Shown piece after piece: positions 53,364 to 64,000 of a stretch of DNA of 64,000 nt. The notes beneath the pieces are model-generated. The model was not told the DNA's origin. It ran no database searches and saw nothing but the letters and a program-made list of their open reading frames with translations. Source of the stretch: Raja brachyura (lineage: Eukaryota); the NCBI GenBank assembly GCA_963514005.1, contig OY740790.1, positions 53,816,001 through 53,880,000 on the forward strand, in the 5' to 3' direction. Positions within the stretch are counted from its first letter, which is position 1; each line of letters opens with the position of its first letter. A program made the position numbers and the translations under genes.

Positions 53364-53989
53364 TAAACTTGGGCCAAGGCAATTCAATTCCGCCCTGGCT
53401 GTTATTGGGCTTTCCACTAAGTGATAGACTTATTAAGGGTGAATTCTGCATTCATATAAGATGAAACAATGGAATGGTATGAGAAGTAATTAGAGAAGAA
53501 ATTCACGTGTATATATCATTTGTGGGAGATGTGGAGTGAACTGGATGAGGACATTAATTAGATGCTGGAATTCTGAGCAAAACACAAATTACAGGAGGAA
53601 ATCAACGGGTTAAAGCAGCATCTGTGGAGGAAATGGACAGGCGACATTTCGGGTCGGGAGCATTCAAACTGATGGAACTAGTTGTACAGATGTGCAGGTA
53701 AGAACTGCAGATGTTGGTTAATTTTACTTGGCTAACTTTATGACGGGGTGAAGACATTACCAGAAGTTTTCACTCAGCGCCTGAAGTGCTCCATCTTTCT
53801 GCAGAGATTCACATTGTCGTTTAATAGTAGGCGACGATCAAATAGCTCTGTAATTTGAGTTCACTACCTGAAACTGACGCAATTATCTCCACTTTGGAAC
53901 CAGTCTGATGGAATGTGCATGTTGCTGAGAGAATAATCAAGAGAACACGTTCAAACTTGAAAAGATCAATTTAGCTTTGAAATATGGGC

Positions 53990-55175
53990 TCCAGTAAAAG
54001 AGTACCTTCCTGTCGAACGACCTAAACTTTATAAAACGTTAGTAAGGCGGCAGCTGGAGTACTGTGTATAGTCCTGGCGGCCACGCCACTCAGTGCATGA
54101 TTGCTTTGGAGTGGGTGCTGAAGAAATTAGCCAGGACGCTGCCTTTGATGGGGCCTTTTCAGTTCTGAGAATGGATTGGATAGGTTGGGTTTAGTGTTCA
54201 TGTGTCTTGGAGTCTGCTTAGCCGATCCTAATAGAAAAATGCACATTTATGAGAAACAGGACGGGTAGATAATAAGAATCGTTTCACCCCTTCGCAAAAG
54301 TGTCAAAACCAAGAGAAATATGCGTCGGATAAAGTGGAAGACGTTTGAGGGGGTTCTGGTGAATATTTGTTTCATCTTTTTTTGATTTAGACAGATAGTG
54401 GGGTACTAGAGACACGTATCACCGCAATGTTTAACAAATATTTACACGAAATCTACTTAGTGCGAGTGAAGGGAATACCTAGCGCTGGATAGGTTGTTGA
54501 ATGTTTGGCATTGACATGGTGGGCCGAAGTGTCCGTTCTGTGTTGTATGACAATGAATAGGCACGAGGCTGTTTTATTCTTAATTTTAAAAGAAATATAG
54601 CCAAAGAAAGAAAGTCTGTCGTGATTAGCCATTGTGGTTCAAAGACAGCACCAGTCCCAGATTGGAACGGATAAATCAATGATCCCCTGAAATGGCCCAG
54701 CAAAACCCTCGGCCCAACCAACGTTAGGAAAAGAAGATCCGTCATCAGATTTCAGGGCATTGAACAACGGAAATCAAACGGCAGTCTTGTTAACAACATC
54801 CATTTCACAGAGTGGAAATGTCAAAGAATAGATGACATAGCTTTACAGTGAGAGGAGCAAAGCGTAAATGAGATGTGCGGGGCATGTTTTTTCTACAGAG
54901 ACAGTGGTGGGTGTCTGGAACGTGTTGCCAGGTGGGGTGCTGGAGGCAGAGAGGATAGCGGAATCTAAGATGCTTTAAGATAGGCAAATGGATATGCAGG
55001 AAATGGAAAGCTTTCCACTCCGCCTCGGTACACATGATAATTAGCGGAACTAAATAAACTAAATGATTCGCGTGCAGGCTGATGAGATTAGTTTAAATTG
55101 GCATCATGTTCGGCACAGACATTATGGACCGAAGGGCCAGTTCCTGTACTCTGGTCTTCTATGTTCTATATTCTA
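53990..55175 (+). mobile_element. Decayed CR1 3' fragments
   Basis: LKLYKTLVRRQLEYCV at about 54020-54070; second 3' end at 54805-55175. Confidence 0.65.
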
Positions 55176-55179
55176 AGTA

Positions 55180-55766
55180 GAAAGACGTACAGGTTTGTAG
55201 GTTAATTGGCTTGGTATAAATGTAAACTGTACCTAGTATGTGTATGATAGTGTTAATGTGCGGGGATTGGTGGTCGGTGCTGACTCGGTGGGTCGAAGGG
55301 CCTGTTTCCGCGCTGTATCTCTAAACTAAACTAAGCTAAATAAAACAACGTCCTAAATAGAAATGCGCTCGCTATAGGGAGTACCGACATGCAGCGTTCG
55401 GGAATGTTGCAATGCAACAGTCATGGCGGGGTATCAGCAATGCAGAGATTGCGGTTATGAAACGCAATTTACTTTAGACTTTACAGATCCAGCGCGGAAA
55501 CAGACCGTTCGGCCCATCGAGTCCGCGCCGACCAGCAATCACCCTCTAGCACTATCCTACACCTAGGGTCAATATACAATTTTTACCGAAGCCAATTAAC
55601 CATTTAACCTGTAGGTCTTTGGAGTGTGGTTGGAAACCAGGGGAACCTAAGAGAGAAAACCAGGCGAAAACCCACGCGGTCACGGGGAGAACGTATAATA
55701 ACCCATACAAACAGCACCCGTAGTCAGGGTCGCTGTAAGGCAGCAACTCTATCGCTGCGCTACCGT
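55180..55766. mobile_element. Two HE1-like SINEs tail-to-tail (55180-55340 +, 55470-55766 -)
   Basis: Both match the SINE at 11453-11754 and retain their CpGs. Confidence 0.8.
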
Positions 55767-57599
55767 CTTTTATTTGTTTAAATAAAATGATTAAAACATA
55801 TATAGACTGACATCAGAATTTTTCAAAACTTAACAACTTAATTAATATCCTTTCGGAAAGCAATCAGTCACCACCAGTGCAGACATGGTTGACAGAGCCG
55901 AGGACGGGCGAGTTGACTTCCTTGACAAGATTTGGCACAAGACGTTTAAGGATCGGCGGCAAGGTACCTCCGACAGTTTAACAACACTGCACTGGCCATG
56001 CTCACACTGTAGCTCAATAGGAAAATGTTTGGAAACTGTGGCCTAGTCAGGGAGAATGGATATCTGGTGGCACATAGCGGACAGATTTTAAAACACTATG
56101 AAGTAAGGAACTAAACTGAAGGCAACAATTGATACTCGCAATATCAATGGAGCAGTCAATGATATAGAATCGCGGAACAGTATCAATGAGGCACTATCCA
56201 CTGGATCTTAGTGTGAATTGATAATTGACGCCATTGGTATTTTTTAATTGACATGGCGTTTTAAAATAGGCCTATTTCAAAACTTAGAATGTCAAATTTA
56301 GATTTCCTTGTACATAGAGCATTCACAGATTTATGGTCACACAGTTCTGAAGCAGGCCCTTCGGCCTAACATGTCCATCGCGACCAAGATACACGTCGGA
56401 ATTAATCCCATTTGGCTTCGTTCGGTGCTCATTCCTCTAAGCTGTTCATATTCATGCACCTGTCCAAATGTTTTTTATTTTAATCTTATAATGAAACCTA
56501 CTTCTAACACCTCCTCCAGCGGCTTGTTCCATATACCCATGTGTGAAAAATCATGCCCCTCAAATCTCCTTTAAAAGTCTCCCGTCTCAATTTAAACCTA
56601 TTCCCTCTAGTTTCAGATTGTCCCATCGTCGCGGCGACGTTGCCACTCTAATACCGTTCCGTTTACGTTTGAGTCGTCCCATGCAAAATTATTGGGCCTT
56701 CCAACGCCTACAATTATCATGTGCAGGGTTTCCACAATCATCTTGGACGCTGAGACAGCTAGTGCTCCATTCTGGAACCATGTCAAGTGTTGGAACAACC
56801 ACTTCAGGAATTGGGTTAAAACCATACAATGACCCTCACATTTCAGTGAAGCATAAAACTTTGCTGCCATTTGCCGTATTTCATTGCTCCTTGGTAGTTG
56901 CAGATTGTTTGAAGAATATGTCCACAATGCATCGCATGATTTGGGAATTTGAACAAGTTAAGCACTGAACTTCTAATACTATGACTGTAGAAATTAACAT
57001 AAAACAAGGAGCTCCTCACACTTAACCCGATGAGGTATGTGGCAGAAGGAATGTATTATTTAGTTATTTCATAGCAAGAAGAATAGAAAGGGCATCTTGA
57101 CAATAACACATTTCATCCTCTATGATCTCAAATGCTTCGCAAATTTTCACCTTTTGTTGGTAATAGCACTCTACCGTTATCACTGTATAACAATTGTACA
57201 TAAACTACATTCAAACAGGACAGTTACTTATGTGCCTCTTGCTTCCTTCAGACACCCACAGTGGGCTGTTACCGTTGTATATGTGCATTGTCCATCCGTA
57301 CGCGCAGGATTGTAAGGGGTTTCACTGATGCTGAAGAACAGATCCCCATGAGCGGACGAAGAGATTCTATCTAAAAATATATATATACAAAAATAATTAT
57401 GCTGTTAGCAATTCCCATGATACTTAAATTGTGTTAGCATTACCAAATATAATGGTTTGTGCCTTTGATTTATTGTCAAGTTGAAGAACACAGTAATAGA
57501 GGTTGGTGCATTTTTATTGACTATTTAAAAATCTGTTTCTATTTGCTACTCCGTTTTATATAAATGCTACATTAGAACCTTGATACTTGCAAACCGCTG

Positions 57600-58400
57600 G
57601 AAAAGAAAATAATTCTATTGTTTGACAACCCAGCGCTGTTTTCGACTGGAAGTCAAATAATTGATATGTCATGGATTACTGCCTCCTGTCTCGGCTCAGA
57701 CCCAAACGAGCCACCAGGGTGGAACTCTTCTAACCAGAGTCCCTTAAATCTGGTGGCTGGGGACGAGGACATTTCATTCGCAGTTGATAACAAGCGCCTT
57801 CCAGCTCTTATTTTCCACGAGTAATCTGCCGGCGGATTGCTGAGGCCGTGTTCTATTTCTCCGGCCATTGCAACCAACGGTCACCAGTGACCATACATCA
57901 CTTTCCCTTTTTGTCAGGGCGGCCTCCCGAAGGTCTTATTTTTACTAGCTCCAAGTGTCGCTAAGGAGCACCAAATGCACATGTACGTGTCAATAATCTA
58001 GCCCCCAAGTCAAGTCAAATAGCTTTGTGAAAAAGAGAGAGAGAGGAAAAATGAACAATGCCTCTGGCCCATCAATAGCTGAAAGTCAAGAGGCGTGATA
58101 AGGTATCGATCAAAAGCCGGTGGCATTTGTTGCAATTTCGGCTCCTTAATGTATGACCATCAAGCTAGAATAAGACCTCATTTTAAACAGCATCGTTTGT
58201 GACAGGATGCTCGCTTGAACCTCGTACACGGCTGAGTATTAGGGCGAAAATCGCATCAGAAGGTGTGCAGGTGCCTTTAGGCTCTGCCTCTCTAAGTGCT
58301 GTCTCCCTGCAGCGCATTTATTCACCAGGTCTTTCCTAAGCTAGCCAGCGTTGAAACTGCTATCAAATCTTTTCACTTGCTGCGAATTTCGACATCCTAT
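57600..58400. promoter_or_regulatory. Candidate distal enhancer
   Basis: TE-free, CpG-retaining block with GGATTA, TAATCT (x2), Sox-type ATTGTT/AACAAT and TCF-like ATCAAA motifs. Confidence 0.35.
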
Positions 58401-59539
58401 TAAATATTTCATGTGCTTGTTTGATCTTAACTGATGGCTCTGTCCAGTTTCAAAGTACTTTAACGCCAGTCATTCCCCATTCTTTCGTTTGGGATAAGCA
58501 GTTAGTCAAATGGGACAGAGAAAAAACAGATGGGAATCAATTATTAGAACAGCGACAATGTAAAATCTTGCAGTTTCTTCTGCCTACAAGTTCATCTGCG
58601 CGAACATATAAATAGAGGTGTTTAATCAATAATATTCTGCTGGCAGATATCAATGTGTTATGCCGCGTTGAACCAGAGTCAAATTAATCATTGTGGTTCT
58701 CCATTATGTGATAGTTCTTTCTTCTCAGCTTATGGGAAACAGCCTTCTGACCCTCGGCTATCTAATTGGAATATTATCCACTGGAAAAAAAACATAATTC
58801 CAAATAGTAATTAGAAATTAAATCAAGGAATAAACTAACACAACAGTTACTTAATTCTGTTGCTTTAAGTAATAGCATATTTTATGTCAGGTATTCAATA
58901 AAATGCTTGATAGATTTAATATCTGTATTTTCGACATGAGGCAGAAAATCACAAATATTAATCGTACAATTTATATATGGTGGGGCCAAATTTCACATGG
59001 ACGCCTTATTTCGGAGGAAAACCGCCGTTCTACATTGGCACGGTTTTCCCGATAACCTGTTAAACGCTGGCGTGAATAGTAAATAGATTTGCTCCAACAG
59101 CCATTTCGAGTTGAAGGTATCATCTTAAAAAAAAAGTTGGAGGTTACTTTTGTCGAGCTTTGTAGTATTTAACAGTTCTCATTAGACTCGGTAGCTGCTT
59201 TCGCTTTAAAGATACCTTGGCATATATATTGTCATACTTTTTGGTGTCACTGTTAATCAACTAAACAATCCGTCAATGTAATATTACTAAATTTACTGTT
59301 CGAAATTTGAAAGTAAGCTCCCAGTCTCTCCTGTGAGCGCGGCGTAGTACAGACCTGATGTCAAAAATCTTACGTGCAGTCATTAATATAACAGTGTAAT
59401 AATATGATTGTTGCATTGTTCCAGAGTAAACTTTTCTTTAAAAGAAGGGCCGTCGGCAAGCCGGAATGTGTACTTTTAATTATTATATTTCAATCGCTCC
59501 TTTCGAAGATCTACGTATATAAAACAAAACAAAAAAAAA

Positions 59540-61258
59540 TCACTCACCAGCAAAAGCACTTCATCATTCTAATGAGCTCACTGTGGTGTGAATCTGAATA
59601 AGCTCGCTGTTGTTGAATATTAATTGTCGGAAGAGGCTTGGGATGCTGGTTACAAATGGCCTGTCCTTATACAGGGAGTTCTTCGCCTGAGGGGGAGGAA
59701 TGGTGGACAAATCTTCATTTAGCAGAGCGGTGGAGAGCCTGTCTATTCTCATTCCTCTCATATTCCCCCCTCTCCCCTCGATATACTCAAAGACAACTGC
59801 CAGAAAAGAGCAAAGAGAAAACTGGACGTGAAATTACAGCAAGAAAGAGCCATCTTGGTGGGCCCCTAATCGAATGGGAACAGGTTGAAATGGGTTAATT
59901 ATCAGGATAATCACCCAACACGGTTTAATTTCTTTTCAATGTTTCAATGAGGACCTCATTATGGAGCTTAATGCAACTTTACAATTCCATGCGTACAGAA
60001 TGTGAATTAATCGCCAGCAGAGTTAACATTTAACCAGAGACGAGTCGGTTTCAACTGGGAGGGTTACGGTTATAAAACTGTGCAGTGGGAAATAAAGCAA
60101 GCAAATCATGTTTCCTTTCAATCAGGGGAAAGTCGATAATAATTAGACGCTCTTTTAAGAAAGAAGATGCTTATTTTCTCAAAGGGTGCAGGAGGACAAT
60201 GTACACGAATTGTGATAGTGAATTCAACTTATTGCAGTTGCGCTAAAATCTCATGCATTGCCTATGTGATTCGAATTCGTTTTGAAATACCTGTGATGGT
60301 TGATTCTCATTTATCCGGGCAATGTTGAGGTTCTACTGGATTTATGCAATTATTTCCACTACTGATAGGGGAGGGTCCGTGAAAATGTACTTATTGTCTT
60401 AATATTGCACCGCCCCAGACAAAAATATTAATCGATCTGAGCATCGCGAATAGGTTTCATTGCGGCGATTTACGGACGGAGCCACGTCGTTAACGTTGTG
60501 AGATATATATATATATATATGGAATATTAATGTCATTTTAATTACAGACATGTTTGATTAAGTGTTTGATTGGTATCTGATCCGCGTTGCTAATGGTCAG
60601 AAGCGAAGGAAGACCAAGCTTACCTGATCAGCAAAGCTGATTATGAATTATTAATGGTTTGCCGATCAATAAGTTTGGTTCAGTTTCGCCGTTGACAAAA
60701 AAAACCTCAATCATAAAACAAAAACTCGGCTTAATAACTAAAGAAACAATAACAAGACGGGGGGCGAGGTTCATGTAGAAAGCCGACCTTAACATGAAAG
60801 ACTTTTCGAGCAGGTGTGTGCAGGAGTCATCCCCGCTAATAACAGCGCCGGCACAAGCTGGGCAGATCAACTGTGTCCCCACGCAAAGACCAGACACGGT
60901 TACCATCCGCTCTGTCAGGTTTTCCGCTTATGAAACTATAAATCTTACACTTTATAGAATTATCGACTGGCCGAGGCAGATTGTTTTATTTTGCTTTAAT
61001 CCGGCGTTAACCCCTGCTTTACAAATTGCACTTTGAAAAAAAAGACGTGTTCTCGGTTAAATACCATCCCCTATTAACCCGCTGCCCTGACCGTTTATCA
61101 CGTCCTGCCCGAGGGAACTCGCCTGATCCTGGCGAGGATGGTGTCACTCCTGAGCTGAACAGTCTGGGAGTCATTTAAACTCATCCCAAAATGCAGGTCT
61201 TTCTTCTCCTTCTCCCTTCCCCCACCCAGACGAAGGAAGATAGATAGAGATAGAGATT

Positions 61259-61291
<33 letters not shown>

Positions 61292-61716
61292 TCTGAGGGC
61301 ATGAACATTCTGACGAGCGCAGGTTTTAAGCCGCAGCTGTAAGCTTATGTGTCTGCGTTAAAGAGTTTCTTGCTGGGCCCAAGTAGCCATGTAAATAGCT
61401 GGGCTGAACTCTCAGCGGTCGACCGATAGCCCAGGGCTTGCAAGTCTCTCTCCCAGAGGCTCTCATCAACTCCCTAATGTTTTCCTTTTTGCTGGCCGCT
61501 CAGCCAAGGGATGGTGGAGAGAGAGGAGGGGGGGGGGGGGGGGGGGTCTGCGGGAAGACGAGCGGTCCCAGAGCACCATCTGCCTCACTGGTGCGACCAC
61601 CTGGCTCACTACACTGGTACCAAATGGCAGTGAACACTCAACCGATTGGCGACGATACCTTACTAAATGAGTGCAGGGAAATCTATTAATCGAGGAATCA
61701 ATCTAAACTCCGGGGA

Positions 61717-61720
<4 letters not shown>
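59540..61720. promoter_or_regulatory. Candidate distal enhancer/promoter cluster
   Basis: TE-free and CpG-rich, with TAAT clusters (59865-59975, 60635-60740) and an E-box cluster (CATCTG, CACCTG, CAAATG at 61577-61626). Confidence 0.35.
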
Positions 61721-61747
<27 letters not shown>

Positions 61748-61858
61748 GGGGGGGGGTTGGGGGGAGACAGGGATGGTGGGGAGAAGGCGCCACGGGAAAC
61801 AGGCTGAAGTTTGGGGACAGAGCAGTCACTGGATAAGATGAGGGGAGAAGCACGTTGC

Positions 61859-62068
61859 TGGAAGATGCTGGTTTAACCCGAAGATAGACACGAAATGCTG
61901 GAGTAACTCAGCGGGACAGGCAGCATCACTGGAGAAAACGTTTGGGGTCGAGACCCTTCTGCCCCTCAGTCTGAAGAAAGGTCTCGACCCGAAACGTCAC
62001 CCATTCCTTTTATCCAGAGACGCTGCCTGTCCCGCTGAGTTACTCCAGTATTTTGTGTCTATCTTCGA
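61859..62068. mobile_element. Palindromic Penelope-derived mini-element with near-intact hammerhead core (61971-61998)
   Basis: Inverted arms (agatagacac..gctggagtaactcagcgggacaggcagc and gctgcctgtcccgctgagttactccag..gtgtctatct). Flanked by a perfect 14-bp direct repeat GAGAAGCACGTTGC at 61845-61858 and 62069-62082. Confidence 0.8.
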
Positions 62069-63029
62069 GAGAAGCACGTTGCCGGCCCGGGCACTAAACC
62101 AATAGCTGACGTTTACCTTTCACTTTTGTTTTTGTTCATTTAAGACGCCCATAAAAATACCGCAGAATTTAGCTACAGTGTGCTTTCCCCCGCTTAGAAC
62201 TTGCATATCGACACTTCTCTTGGTTTTAAACAGCTTTATAGCGCAGTTCAATTTCACAACTAGTCTTTTAAAACAGTCCTTTTATTCGCAAGCACGGCGA
62301 AATATGATTACAGTCTATAAAGTAAAATGCCCAACATCTTGTTAAGTCGTTGCTCGGAACTGATATTGCGAGTCTCGAGCCGCACAATTGTTATTTAATG
62401 ACACAAAAGATTGATATAGATTTTTGAAATTCTGTTGATAATAATTGGCATTCTACGTTCGAGGTAAACTGAACTGCTGTACAGGCGCCGCCTGTTTAAA
62501 CGGCAGAAGGTGCCACATCAAAAACTGCCGTGGGAGTTGTTCCTCTGAGAGTGGCTTCTGTTCTGGGTATTACATGGCTGTGTTTTAGTGCGCGTGTGTT
62601 TAGTTCTCTCTGTCTGCCGTAGTCTCCACAGCCAGTAGTAATCTATTGCCAACTCGCACTAGGGTATTCCAGCATCAGGTATGCAAGACTTCATTTTGCG
62701 ATCGATGGAGCAAAATTTGCTCTTATGACAAGCCCAGCAAATCGGTGATGGATCAGGACAGGCCATGGTTGGGCTGAGCATTGGAAAAGTCAAGGACATT
62801 TGACGCATTTATCAAAGTCCTCATTGACCCCCGACCTTTAAGGTTCTCAAAGTATTGATTCCGAGCGTCTGGACTCAATTGGCCTGAAGATATCTGAACA
62901 AAATAAGCAGAGCTGCCGGACTGGCAAGACTTAATAAAAAGAATGGATCGATGAGAAATTATTTAGCTTGGTCGAGGAAAAAACAACCGTAAGCCATGCA
63001 TGAACCCTAAGCCACAAATAAGGGTTCAT

Positions 63030-63845
63030 GGAAGGTTTCTTTTTAAAGGGGGCGATGGTGATTAACATTAACTGGAAATGGCAACAGGATTGAAATCGAT
63101 CCAGTTTTCAAAATGGCATTGCATGGAGTTCAGCTATCGAAAATGCATTTAGTTTACAACATCTTTAGTTATAGACTTTGATGCCTTAGAAATAAATAAA
63201 TATGACTTGTGTTTTGCCAAATATTTAGTTGTTCATCTTCAGTTCAGTCTCAGTTCGACTGGGTGGTGGGCTCAGCCTGGCCCTTCTGGGGCAAAGTTTT
63301 CCCCACTAGCATGAAGCCCTGCCATATCATCAAACATCCCACCATCTGGGCCATGCCATCTTCTTGCTGCTGCCATTGGTCAGGAGGTACAGAAATCTGA
63401 AGCCCTACACCCCAAATGAAAGGCGTAGGAGAAGCTGAGTAGGCTTGGTGTTGTTTCCCTGGAGCATAGGAAGTTCAGGTGTGACCTTATGGAGATAAAT
63501 ATAATCATGAGGAGCATACAGATGATGAATGGTCAAAGACTTTATCCTCGGGGAGGGGAGTCTAAAATCAGGGGCATCAATTTTAAATGAGAAGTGAAAT
63601 ATTTAAAAGGGACCTGATGGGGCAGCTTTTTCACACAGAGTACGTACATATATGGTATGAGCTGCCAGAGGAATCTGTAGAGATGGGTACAATTACAATG
63701 TTTAAAAAACATTTAGTCCTACATGGAGAAGAAAAGTTTAGAGGGATATGAGCCTAATGGAAAGAGCTCAGGTAGACAATTTGGTTACATGGAGACGTTT
63801 GACCAAAGGGCCTGTTTCCGTGCTGTATAACTATGCCTCTATGAG
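63030..63845 (+). mobile_element. CR1 fragments with a nested Rex1/Babar-like piece (about 63255-63410)
   Basis: CR1 3' end text (ggtgtgaccttatggag...agctgccagaggaa...gggcctgtttccgtgctgtat). The insert reads ..IIKHPTIWAMPSS../caggaggtacagaaatctgaag. Confidence 0.6.
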
Positions 63846-64000
63846 ATGCATATTAATGAGGTATAGTCACTGATTGCCATGAGGTGGATTTCCATGCAGT
63901 GACATGGGCCCCAATGCTGTAATTATTAGCCACCAGTAGACAAATTTGCTAATTATGCCCAAGGCCCTAATCAAGACCACTCAACCTGGTGCTAAGACAA

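Noticed and set aside
57705-57725. Second CTCF site (gccaccagggtgg); also 31876-31892
   Set aside because: Mismatches or spacing errors in the core GGC positions make these too weak to call.
61859-62068. MITE / DNA-transposon interpretation of the palindromic elements
   Set aside because: Variable TSD lengths, variable termini, single-arm copies and linkage to a GIY-YIG-like C-terminus favour a Penelope origin.

Overview
Vertebrate genomic DNA, most likely from a cartilaginous fish (skate/ray-like). This is inferred from the repeat landscape: HE1-type V-SINEs, HER1/CR1 LINE 3' ends and Penelope-derived repeats. The only host protein-coding sequence is two minus-strand coding exons of the paired-like homeobox gene dmbx1 (3305-3152 and 426-248); the rest of the gene lies left of the window. 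The remaining ~60 kb is 5' intronic/upstream sequence in two parts: a CpG-depleted, TE-dense zone (~5-30.6 kb) and a ~32 kb CpG-retaining zone (~30.7-63 kb). The second zone contains long TE-poor tracts, enhancer-like blocks and a strong CTCF motif. Four observations stand out. (1) About 20 short Penelope-derived, often palindromic elements carry a minimal hammerhead-ribozyme core (CTGAAGA-A-stemII-GAAAC-GTC), several flanked by 7-16 bp direct repeats; one intact core is on the dmbx1 sense strand in an intron. (2) These cores are eroded at CpGs outside the CpG-rich zone and largely preserved inside it. (3) The dmbx1 'GCxFQ' alternative-splice segment is conserved, but its acceptor reads CG instead of AG. 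(4) A candidate non-autonomous Helitron and an old diverged inverted repeat at the CpG boundary. Three assembly gaps are present. Repeat coordinates are approximate and family names come from recognition by eye, not from database searches.
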